From Camelus dromedarius (taxonomy: Eukaryota): a DNA stretch of 64,000 nucleotides. The translations under genes and the position numbers were made by a program. Shown one piece after another: positions 52,841-64,000 of the stretch; position 1 is the stretch's first letter; each line of letters starts with the position of its first letter. The stretch is taken from positions 103,542,001 to 103,606,000 of the forward strand of contig NC_087436.1 in the NCBI RefSeq assembly GCF_036321535.1, in the 5' to 3' direction. The notes beneath the pieces are model-generated. The model searched no databases, was not told where the DNA came from, and saw only the letters and a program-made list of their open reading frames with translations.

Positions 52841-54349
52841 CCATATGATGAAGTATGCATTTTTATCTATTTTTTATGGTTGGAATATCTCTGAGAGGTT
52901 GTGTAAGTAGCAGAGTTATGATTTAAACAATGATCTAGGAATTCCACGTTCATTTTTCTTTCCACTATGTTACAAACACCTTTTAGCTGTTTCTATTTCT
53001 GCCACATCCTGTGAGTCTAACATTCACACATTTTGCATACACCTATTTACTCCCGTTTCATAATCTCTAATCCCATTTCTCCTGTAAAGTGTGGTAGTCA
53101 AAATATTCAATAGCAGAATTATTATTACTGGAAACCATAACACTATCACCATTAGCATTAAGAAATTACTTTCTACTTCTTGATCTTATTTTTAAAATTC
53201 TCATTTTGTACCATGCCCTTATCTTTAGTCTGTGCAGTGCTTCTGATTAGAGGAGCCTAGAAAACTCATAAAATTTCCAGAAAGCCAGGATAACCAACAC
53301 ATAAGCCTTATTTTAAAACAAACAACCAAACAGTAGACTCCCAAAGCCTTAAAACACATTCACTTTTTCAGACATATATAAATTACATCCTATTAGGTAG
53401 TAAACAGAGAGCAAAAAAGATCCTTAAATATTAAAAATCACATGGGTCTGTTTTTACATCCTGACTGCATTTACACTCATTTTTTTCCCTCTCCCTCAGT
53501 GTTCTAAGTGATTGGTTTTAGTGTATCTAAATCCCATATTATTTTTCAAATTATTACTTCCCTAAACATTACTATTTCTTGAATGACCATGATTTCCTGG
53601 CTTTTCAGAGCAGCCAGTTTCTGTTTAAGTCCCGTTCCACGGATGGGGTTCTGGCTGGAGCAAACTGCTCCAGGTATACCTCCGCTCTTCTCCATCAGCG
53701 TCCGTCCTGTGACAATAAATTAAATGAATTTTTTTTTCTAATAGAGATGAGAAAGGATAAAAGGGACAATTAATATCCGTCAAGCTCTGATTCCGCCACC
53801 AGATTCCTAAGGTGGATTTGTCTCTTTGAAGTCTTCTCAATAACACAATGAAGAAAGTTCATTCCTCCGAAGCTCAAATTAATAAGGTTGAGTTTTAAGC
53901 CTACATGTGACTCTAAAGTTTGAAGCTCTTTTCCATAGTGCATGAAACTGCACCCCACAGTAATTAATAACTAAGTAACACTGCTTATGTGTAATTATGT
54001 AATTATACCATTTAGCAGAATAATTATAAATTATTTCACGGAAAGAACAATCAGCAACTCCTTGGTGCCTTCATTCTGGAAATATTACATGCACCTTAGA
54101 GCTTCAGAATTGTTCAGTTTACGGAAAAGAGTATGTTTCCTTGGTTGCTTTTTAAATTACAGAAATTATTTTCTTTCCTTGCCTAATTTTTACATTCTCG
54201 ATGTTGCTTTCGTTAATGTAACCTCACTGTATTGTATTCTGCCTGCTTTTCCAGAAATTTTGGAATTATATGTTTTGACACCATCCTACTCCCCAAATTG
54301 TTGGTATTCTTAAGAATGAGTGGGCCCCTCCTTAGGTCGAGCATCTTCT

Positions 54350-54808
54350 TTTTTTTTAAATTGAAGTCTAGTTACTGTACAGTATTATGTTACAGGTGTA
54401 CAACACAGTGATTCACAATTTTTAAAGGTTATACTCCGTGTATAGTTATTATAAAATGTTGGCTATATTTCCTATGTTGTACAATATATCCTTGTAGCTT
54501 ATTTTATACCTAATAGTTTGTACTTCTTAATCCCCTACCCGTGTCCCCCTCCTCCCTTCCTTCTCCCCGCTGGTAACCACTAGTTTGTTCTCTATATCTG
54601 TGAGCCTGCTTCTTCTTCTTTTTTTTTTTATGTTCAATAGTTTGTTGTATTCTTTAGATTCCACATGTAAGTGATATTATAGTATTTATGTTTCTCTGTC
54701 TTATTTCACTTAGCACAATACCCTCTTAGTCCATTTATGTTGCTGCAAATGGCAACATTTTGTTCTTTTTTATGGCTGAGTGGTATTCCATTGTATGTAT
54801 ATATATAT
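54350..54808 (-). mobile_element. Young 5'-truncated L1 3' UTR with TSD
   Basis: T tract at ~54348-54357. 10-bp TSD agcatcttct (54340-54349 / 54809-54818). Homologous to 30140-30500. Confidence 0.95.
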
Positions 54809-56235
54809 AGCATCTTCTCAATCAGTGAACATATGATGTACATAGGAACCCTAACTGTGAATGGACTCCACTTTCTTCCCAAAGAGTACAAGGGCCTTTT
54901 TACCTTGAACAAAATCCCATCCCATACAATGACCCTAAACTTTCCAACTACACTCCACTCAAACGCTAGGCCTAGAGACACAGTTTGCATAGAAAACAAG
55001 AAAACAAACAAATCGACATCACTCAGGTAAGAAGTGCTAGAGAGGAAAAGGAGTCGTTTAATTCCCTGACTTCAGTTCCTATTTGAAGACTAAAGGTGTA
55101 AAGAAAGTAAGCACATATAATCAGTATACATGGATGGCAGGCCACTGTTTTAATCATGGAATAAGTAACCTCCAATTGGAAATGTTAAAATTTCTGAACA
55201 CCAACCTTTTAAAATGATGTTATTTAAAAAATAAGCTGACAAAAATGTGCAAAAACAAAGAGTTGGCACAATAAGCTTCCAATTAACAGAATTAAGCCTA
55301 ATTTTAAAAGAATTTGGGAGAATAAGTAGGTGATAAACTACTTTATTAATGTGCTTTTCTTTGCCACACAGTAGACCATGACTGCTGAGTCTGCTGTATA
55401 TAAGCCACATATAAGGTTTACTTTTGATTTAAACAGTTAACCTTTCTTCATTTAAACCAATAATGGCTGTGTATAGCAAAACACTGTAAAGTAAGATATA
55501 AAAGCAATTTTGCCTTTATAAGATATTGATTTTTAAATCACTAATCAAGGTTTGAGGTTATCCCATGAAAGCAAACAAGACAAAAGCAAAACTTGGATTA
55601 ATAAAGCTATATACACAATTTCATTACCTGAACTTGAATTGTAAAGCAATTAATGAAATCCCTTAGGGAGCAATGCTAGAAATTTGAGAGAGCAAGATAA
55701 CAAAAATCTGTAGTTTTTTCAAAAATGATTTTAGATACAAGTAGAAATAAAATAAGTGTAAAAAAGATGTATTATTACATTTAGGAATAAATCTGATCAA
55801 ATGCTGGGTTTAGAGACACTCATTTTCCTCAGTGATACTTCAAGGTTACTGTGATACATGGGAGGTTCAGATGCAACAAGATAAAGTTCATTCAGCCTTA
55901 GTGACCTTGATAATGGCCAATTTAAAGGCTCTGGGAACAAGTGAATCCCTGAATGAGGCTATAGCTTATATTTTGGTATTTCATTTAAACTGTAGCTTCA
56001 GTAGAAATTGGCATGAAATATTTGATTCCTCAAGGAGTCTTTCTGTTGAACAACCTGAATGGAGTCTTGGAAGCACAGCTACCTGCAAATGTAAGGAAAT
56101 GGAGAACAAGAAATTAAAGTGAGAATTATATTATACACAGAGGTGTGTGGCATGAGACCCAGAATGTCATTCCTTGAACATAGAGCACTTAACCTCTAAG
56201 AGGAAAAGAAAAAAAAAATTCAAAAAACACTATAG

Positions 56236-56415
56236 AAACAACAAGGTCCTACTGCATAGTGCAGGGAACTATACTCAATATCTTGTAATGATCTATAATG
56301 GAAAAGAATATGAAAAAGAATATATATATATAACTGAATCACTATGCTGCACACCAGAAACTAACACAATATTGTATATCAACTATATGTCAATAAAAAA
56401 TAAAAAATAAAATTT
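56236..56415 (+). mobile_element. Short artiodactyl-type L1 3' end
   Basis: aaacaacaaggtcctactg...actgaatcactatgctgcacaccagaaactaacac...caataaaaaataaaa. Confidence 0.9.
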
Positions 56416-57949
56416 TAAAACATTGTATTATTTGGAGCATATAAAACAGTATAGAAAACAAAGTTTGAAGGACTGCATTTGTGGGTGGCTTATTTATGTC
56501 CTTACATTGTCTCTCTCTGATACTCAATACTCCTTTTATGAAATAAGCTATGGAAGGAAGGTCTTTTGATAGCACTTAAGCAGTCAGAGAAAATGGCAAA
56601 ATAAACCAAGGGAGCTATTGGATTCCTCAAAGTTGCATTGTTTTTCACTGAAGCTTGCCTCTCTGTAAGTACACAATTCCAATGGTAAGATCTCTTTAGG
56701 CACAGGAAACTAAATGAAATTATTGTAAGACTTGTTCTTCCACAAAATACAATTTCTATTTGTGCAACAAGTCAATATTTTTCTAAATGTTTATAAGTTC
56801 TTCTTTGAAGGAAATAGCAGTTATTGAAAATAGTCAGTGTGCCAAAAGTTTTATACACTTTTCAAGAATTCACTGATTCACCAAGTATTTTTTAAATAGC
56901 CTGCACTGTTATAATCTTTACAATAAGACTTCAAGGTACATATTATTAGCATTATCTTTCAAATGTGGAAGTTGAGGCTCAAAAAAGTCAAATAATTTAC
57001 CAAAATTTGTAAAGATAAAACCAATGACACCAGTACTCAAATTCAGAATATTTAGTCCTGCCTTTTTTCAAACAACATAAACATAAAGTATCTCTGATGC
57101 TTGTGGCTTATGGATGTGGCTAATTTGGAATATCACCTTTGGAAGGATTTTTCCATCCCGTGTAGACTCACTCTGTGATACTATCTTACACAAATACTGG
57201 GAAGATTGTCAGAAAAAAATAGACTTTGATACAAAATTTTAAGGAAATACACAAAATATTGGATAGAATGGGCTATTCTTTATTGTTATGGAGTAACTCA
57301 AAGAAGGATTATGAGAAAGGAGAAAAATCTATAGAAACATTGCATATTTCTAATTAATAATCAGTGAGAACTATGTGAAACTGCTCCCATGTCTATCATT
57401 ATGACCAGTAAGTTCAGAGCTAAATTTAATCAAGTAAAGTATATAGTTCATCTGTGACTTCAATTATAATGACATCTGCCCTATCTAAATGGTCTAGAAG
57501 CTATTTTCATCTTCATTTTCTCCTTCCCCATTTTTTGAAAGGTATTGCAAAATCTCAGAACTAACTTCAGAAATTGTCAGCAGGTACTATATTTGAGATT
57601 TAGGTGCAATTGTCAGATTGATTAATATATTCATAAAAATTTGTATAAAAAGATTTTATCTTGAAATTATTTTCTCACATGTGCATTTTATAAATTTACT
57701 TCAAAATGAGTGTTAAAAATATTGTTCCTTTGAGATAGACATAGATTTATTTAAAAATCCTTTGTCCAAAGATGTCATTGGTAATGTTAAAAATTTGAAT
57801 TCTTTGTCAGAGCCATATGTCTGGATAAAATTATTCAAAGACTATATGGCTGTTCAATTTATTTTTAAAACTGAAGTTGTTGTTAATTGTATTATAATTT
57901 TAATTATATAATTCTCATTAATTTTTCTACTACTGCTATTCATGTAAGT

Positions 57950-59210
57950 ATTGGCAAGAGAGCAGATCAACCAGAACTTTGATTCGTTGATGGTGAGGTG
58001 TCATTTGGTAAGATTACTTCAGAAAACTGTTTGGCGTTATTTCCTGAAGTTGACTGTATGTATATTCTATAACCGAGCAATTTCACTTCCAAGTACACAC
58101 TCAACAGAAATGGGTACACTATGTACACATTTCAACCAAAATTATGTACTGGAATGTTCTGGAGAGCAATTTTTAATTTTTAAAAAATATTTTTATAAGA
58201 TACATGCACCCCAATGTTCATAGCAGCACTATTTACAATAGCCAAGACATGAAAACAACCTAGATGTCCATTGACAGATGACTGGATAAAGAAGTTGTGG
58301 CATATTTATACAATGGAATACTACTCAGCCATAAAAAAATAAAATAGTGCCATTTGTAGCAGCATGGATGGACCTGGAGACTGTCATTCTAAGTGAAGTC
58401 AGCCAGACAGAGAAAGAAAAATACCATATGATATTACTTATATGTGGAATCTTAAAAAAAAAAAAAAAAGACAAATGAATTTAATTACAAAACAGAAACA
58501 GACTCACAGATATAGAAAACAAACTTATGGTTACCAGGAGGGGAAGAGGGTGGGAAGGGATTAATTGGAAGTTTGAGATTTGCAGATACTAATATATATA
58601 AAATGGATAGAAAATAATTTCATACTGTATAGCACAAGAAACTATATTTAATACCTTGTAGCAACTTATGGTGAAAAAGAATATGAAATTGAAATATATA
58701 TATATTCATGTATAACTGAAACATTATGCTATACACCAGAAATTGACACATTGTAAACTGACTGTACTTCAATAAAATATATATATATATATATATAAAT
58801 TTTCAGTTTTTTCCATGTATGGGACAGCAATATTTTTAACAGCCTCAAACTGGAAAAAAAAATCTAACTGTCTATCAAGTGTAATATGAGTAAATACATT
58901 TATGTAGCGTATAAAATGAAATAATGTACAGCAAATAAACAGAACAAGTAGAACCAAAATAACCATATACATAAACACCCAAACAAATTTTTGAGTAAAA
59001 GAAGCCAGACACAAAAAAACACAAATTTTGATTCCATTTACAGAAAGTTCTAAAAATGGGGAAAAGCTGCTCTGTTGTTAGAGCTCAGAATAGAGGTTAA
59101 ACTTTCTGAAGGAAAGGGAAGAGAGGAATAGTGTTTGGGAGGATGCTGGTAATACTCTATTTCTTAAGCTGGGTAGTGGGTATATTAGTGAGTTTCAGTT
59201 GTTTTCAAGC
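57950..59210 (+). mobile_element. Old L1MC/ME 3' region (host of a younger L1)
   Basis: gaaaactgtttggc...agcaatttcacttc, resuming at acagcctcaaactgg...aagaagccagacacaaaa...tgattccatttac. Confidence 0.75.
58195..58797 (+). mobile_element. Young camelid-type L1: ORF2 end plus 3' UTR with (TA)n tail
   Basis: agatacatgcaccccaatgttcatagcagcac...atggaatactactcagccataaaa...caataaaatatata. Confidence 0.93.
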
Positions 59211-59214
59211 CTTG

Positions 59215-61200
59215 ACTGGTACTCACTGTCTTCCTCCTCCAGTATCTTCTGAAATCTTTTCACCCTATCCTATCATCTCACTGATCTTAGTGGCTTACAT
59301 GGTGATGAGACCCAAGCCTTCACTCCTGAGTGGTCTGTGCCCTTCTCAAGCCAAGGTCACTGCGCATGTCCATTTACAGTTATAATTGAGCGAAGGATTA
59401 TCAAGTAGTACCCAAGTGGATCACCTGTGTTGCACTGTATTCCTCCCTCTCCCCACTGAGTACAAATAGCCCTTTCTCACTCTACTGATCAGCTTCAATT
59501 ACCTCTGACCAGACAGTGTCTTCTCTTCCTGCATGCTGGTCACTAGATATTAAGAATCCAGTGTGCCCAGTGGAAGCTGAAGTTTCTGCTTCAGTGAACT
59601 ATTTCTGTTACTGGCAACACTCTTTCCTTTTAGGGACCAAGACCTCTAATCCTACGGGTTTCAGCATTGTAGGGACACAAACACAAAGTCCTGCAAAGGG
59701 TTCTTGGGGAGAATGTTGAGTGGGGCCACTCTTGCTTCTACCTCTTACTTTCTGGCTCATTAATTATTCTTATTATGGAAATAGTATCATAGAGAGGGAG
59801 CTGATTCAGGTATTGTGTCTTGAAGAATGGGACCTCATTCTTGAAGACTACCGCCTCTGAGCTCACACCTCAGCTCTGCCTTTAGTAGACCACTCAAATG
59901 CTCTCTAGCACTAACAGCTGCTGAATGGCTTAGTATATGATACAACCAGTGTACCCCAAAGCCACAGGGCTATGCCTGTGCCTACTGATGAATCCTCTGG
60001 TCAGATGCTTTGTTGTGTGAGAATCCATACTTAGGGATCTGGCATTCTTACATTGCCATAAGACATCTGGGGTTCAACAGAGCCATATAAATGCAATCTG
60101 TTTCTGAATCTCTTATCCAATTAGAATAAAAAATTATGCATTCTCCAAATCAGTGGGTGCATACCAAGCACCTGAAGCCTTACTATTAGCCATATTATGT
60201 CCTAATAAATAGCTGAAATTTGGTTAAGCTTATGGTAGTTTCTAGTCATCCTTAAGGATCCATTTGGTTTCTGCAAGGGCCAGAATGGTCAATTAAATGG
60301 AGATACCCTTTAGGAAAAGATGGCACTAACATCTACCGTTCTTCCTCAGATGCAATCTTGAGCCTTTTGTCCATTCGTTGGCTGCTTGTTCTCTTGTTTT
60401 TGTTTTGGGGGTTGGGATTATTTGGTTTGGTTTGGTTTGGTTTGATTTGGTTGTTTTATTTTGTTTTGTTTTTGTTTTTTGCTCTCTTGGCTAAGATCAA
60501 GGGACATTTGTGTGGAAACTTCTATTTGACCTTCCCCAATTTGATAACTCTTACCCGATAGGCCAAAGACCTAATATGGGTTTCATTTTAATTGCCAAAT
60601 GTATCTATTCCAATTATGCTCTTAGGGACCAAAGAAATAACAGCCAGGTGGATCTAGGAACACAGTAGAATCACAGTAAGATGAGCATTAGTCAGGATTC
60701 CATTTATTACCTAGGCTGTATAAGTCCCCACTCTAACAGGAGACTCATCAAGAGGTTTAGGGGGTCCAGATTTCAATATCAACTCAAATTCTGTGTTTAA
60801 CAGTCCTCAATATAACTGGATGGTCTTCTTTCCCAGCATACAGTCACTTGAGTATATAGCCAGTGATCTCTTTGGAGAAGATTTGGGGAGGAATCATGAT
60901 ATGTACCTGTTATCTTGCAGGGTCCCTCTTTTCATTCACTAAGTCCAAATCTGAAAAATGGCTCAGGTCCAGGAACTGGATGAGGGGGTCAAGACTTTAC
61001 TGGGACGAGTGCCCTCAGCCCCACCATCTCCATTCCTGCCTTTTTCTGATTACAGATAACACATAGCATTCTCCTTGGCTGCCCATTGACTTTTCCCCTA
61101 GAAAGACCAGGGTCTAGTAACCATCTCTTCATCATTTGGAAAAAGCATCTAAAAGCAGAGGATCGATCTACCAGCTCAAAATCTCATAAGGGGAATAAAC
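59215..61200 (-). mobile_element. Second ERV-L internal fossil (gag end, protease, deleted pol, 3' internal region)
   Basis: Minus strand of ~60690-60860 reads GLLNTEFELI...PVRVGTY..VINGIL, similar to ERV-L protease GLLDTGSELTLIPGDPK..PVRVGAYGGQVINGVL. 3'-internal blocks gggaccaagacctct and gtggggccactcttgcttctacc. Confidence 0.8.
60400..60480. repeat. (TTTGG)n/(TTTTG)n low-complexity repeat
   Basis: Directly visible. Confidence 0.85.
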
Positions 61201-63131
61201 ACCAAAATCACATACAGCAACATGCGTGTCAATTCCTTTTTGAGGATACATTATATAGAATATAATAATAAGAAAAAAATAAGGTATAAAAAACACAATT
61301 TGTTCTCACTAGTCAAACAAGAAAATAAGACATTCCAAAATTATTTTTGGAGTAAAACTCTTTTAATGTTTTGACATTATGGTTGTTAAAATAGTAAACA
61401 AAATTATTATGCATTTGATTAGCACAAACCAGCAAATTTTTTAGCCCCAAAAAAGAAAATTTTGGAGATTTACAAAACTTTTCAGTCTTAGGTTCAAAAT
61501 TCCTGTTGGAAAATAAATGATCAAAATCATTTTTTCTTTCTGCATTATATTTTTCGATACACACAGAAGTCTGTGGTAATATTAAATGCATTCTTTTCAG
61601 TCTGGTCAGTTAGGTTTTTGGATATGCAGAAACAACAGATGATTTTTTTTTTTAAAGTTTGACCGCATATGGATTCTTGATCAATTCAACAATGTATCTT
61701 TTTTTGCCATCTGGCCAAGAGATTTCTGGGTTTCAAACAGATGACAACATGATGATTCTGACAGAAGAAAGATTTATAGAATAGAAAATAACAGCCTTCA
61801 GTTGAGTGTTCATAAAGTGATTCTAGCCCTGTATAGGATGAATGAGCTGCTGGCCATTAACAGAAAGACAGTTGACCGCATTCTTTTTTCAGCCAAAGAC
61901 AAAATCCTAACACACAACAGATTCTGTTATTATTTTACTATAATAAGTTCTAACAGAACAGCAGGGATTCTATGCAAAGTAATGTCATGTGCGGTATTTA
62001 GCATATAATACTGAAGTGGATAGAATTTTTTTTGCAGAGAAAACAGTTTATTTGCTGGAAACTACAAATAAAATTGATAAACCTTGACAGTATAGATATT
62101 TCTCACCTGATAATTTCTATAACATTCTACACCAGAGCAGGTACTAAAATTAGCGTCAATACAATTCAAGCTGAGACACCAATAGAAGCCGAGGGAGAAT
62201 TTAGTTGTCTTTAAACCATGATTTTACTCCATTTCCATATTTCCAGACCGATGTTTTCTTGTGATTTATAAATAAAGTAGCATTTTTCTTAAGGTATTGT
62301 ATAGAGCAAAAAATGTCAGAAATAAAATATAATAAATGAGGCAACAATCTCAAATTTGCTTCTGAAAATATTCAGTATCTTTTATGTAGCAGTATAAAAG
62401 GTGTAATTTATGGAATTGTTTCAGTGAAACTACATCATCAACATTGACAAAATTTTCTGATCTAGGGGCCAAAAATGAAATACTTTACCTAGTTATGTTC
62501 TCATGTTGAGGAATAAAAACTGAAAAATTTATTGGGAATATCACCAATGTAGTTACTTTTTGTGAACAGAGCTAGAAAAAAAGTCTTAGTTTTTGAAAGC
62601 AATTCAGTACCACAAAGATGCCATACGGTATCTCCTGAACAATCTAGCACCTGACAATGCTGAAAGGGTGTTTTTCCAGTTCTGGAAGGCCAAGTTTTGT
62701 AAGATTGACATCTATATTTTTATTATTAAAGTCAAAAAATGTAAAAATAGATAATATTTACTTATAATTCAGAGTTATTATTCTATAATAGTGACACTCA
62801 GCTTTAGTCAATTATTGACTTAAATGCAAGACCGTTCGGCCAAAATGCAAGGTGTGTGCACACACACAAGTTAAATGGAGTAAAATAAGTCAGAGAAAGA
62901 GACTAAGAAGTGAAGGAGGGTAAGAGCAGAGGGTGTTGCACAAAGTAGTGGAGTTAGGGTAGGCCTGGCCAGGGAGCCAGCCATGCACTTAGTATCTAAG
63001 AAAACAAAATTTCATGAAGGAATGTCACTGAAGGAAAAAAGAAAAAACCTAACTGCTATATTCCAGGGTCAGCAACCAGGCCAGTGTGACTGGAGTAGAG
63101 TGAGCCAGAACGAGAGTGGGAGAAGATGAGG

Positions 63132-63173
63132 TCAGACGAGATCGGGCACGTTCAGGGTGGTATGGCCGTAGAC
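63132..63173 (-). pseudogene. 5S rRNA fragment (nt 1-42), antisense to the adjoining L1
   Basis: Reverse complement GTCTACGGCCATACCACCCTGAACGTGCCCGATCTCGTCTGA matches mammalian 5S rRNA nt 1-42 with one C>T at a CpG (nt 26). It lacks the internal Pol III A/C boxes, so it is not a functional gene. Confidence 0.97.
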
Positions 63174-63574
63174 ATTAAAAAACAAACAAACAAACAAAAA
63201 AGCATAAATAAAAAACAGAAATAGACTCATAGACATAGAATACAAACTTGTGGTTGCCAAGTGGGTTGGGGGTGGGAAGGGATAGAATGGGGTTTCAAAA
63301 TTGTAGAATAGATAAACAAGATTATACTGTATAGCACAGGGAAATACACACAAGATCTTATGGTAGCTCACAGAGAAAAAAATGTGACAATGAATATATA
63401 TATATGTTCATGTATAACTGAAAAATTGTGCTCTACACTGGAATTTGACACAACATTGTAAAATGATTATAAATCAATAAAAAATGTGAAAAGAAAGAAA
63501 GAAACATAGCTGGACCAAATTGGAAAAAAAATAAAAAATAAAAAAGGCAAACTCAGAGTAAAAAAAAAAAAAAA
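63174..63574 (+). mobile_element. Young camelid-type L1 3' UTR, putative 3' transduction and poly(A)
   Basis: aaaacagaaatagactcatagacatagaa...tatactgtatagcacagggaaa...AATAAA (63476-63481). Extra segment 63505-63559, then a poly(A) from 63560. 16-bp TSD agaagatgaggtcaga (63121-63136 / 63575-63590). Confidence 0.93.
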
Positions 63575-64000
63575 AGAAGATGAGGTCAGAGTGGAAAAGG
63601 CTAGAAAGATGAGCCCTATAGGTCTATTTTAAAGACTTAGCTATTTTTCTGAGTGAGACGAGAGACCGTTAGCATGCTTTGAGCTGAGTAATGATATGAA
63701 CTGATTTGTGTTGCTCTCACACAATCAGAGGAAGTACAAATAAATGAAGGGCCACTTGTCTATGGACTTGGTGTTAAAGTGTAGTGTGTAAGGTTAGAAG
63801 CAGAAAGAACAAACGAAGACAAGACAAGATGGTGGCCTGGGCCAGGTGGTAGCAGTGAAGATGAAATGAGCTGTGGCCAGGGTCTGATCTATTCTGAGGG
63901 AAGAGTTAACAACATTTGCAAATGGAAAGGATGGGATGTATGAGAGCAAGATACCACTTAAACATGGTGCCAAGATTATATATTGTGTAAGAAGAGAGCT

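Larger units (their letters stand above)
62870..64000 (-). mobile_element. L2 LINE body, interrupted by the 5S-L1 insertion
   Basis: ggccagtgtgactggagtagagtgag...gatgaggtcagag, and agatggtggcctgggccaggtggtagcagtgaagatg. Confidence 0.85.

Noticed and set aside
63132..63173. Functional 5S rRNA gene
   Set aside because: Only 42 of ~120 nt are present, with no internal control region or terminator context.
63132..63371. ORF ending VYGHTTLNVPDLV
   Set aside because: Spurious translation of antisense L1 UTR plus the 5S fragment.
1..64000. Inferring a host gene's direction from L1/LTR strand bias
   Set aside because: Orientations are mixed and the counts are too small.

Overview
This is AT-rich, CpG-depleted placental-mammal DNA, non-coding (intergenic or deep intronic). 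I recognised no protein-coding gene, tRNA, CRISPR array or prokaryotic system. The young L1 3' UTRs, the artiodactyl-type ERV1/MER41-like LTRs and the absence of Alu, Bov, PRE, CHR or SINEC SINEs suggest a camelid genome (inference). Much of the window is interspersed repeat: L1, L2, MIR, MLT1/MLT2, MER20/MER58/MER33-MER3, five solo ERV1-type LTRs and two ERV-L fossils. One ERV-L is a two-LTR provirus at ~12647-17215 with protease, RT, RNase H and integrase relics. The ORFs with recognisable protein similarity are retroelement relics. The best finding is at 63121-63590, a single insertion bounded by a 16-bp TSD. It consists of 5S rRNA nt 1-42 in antisense orientation, an L1 3' UTR, an apparent 3' transduction and a poly(A) tail. 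The TSD 3' end is complementary to 5S nt 38-46, which suggests second-strand priming on a different RNA (twin priming in trans). Other candidates are a small CpG/(GCAC)n promoter-like island with a splice donor between two convergent LTRs, and several motif-dense repeat-free blocks. Repeat family names come from recalled consensus sequences, and boundaries without a TSD are approximate.
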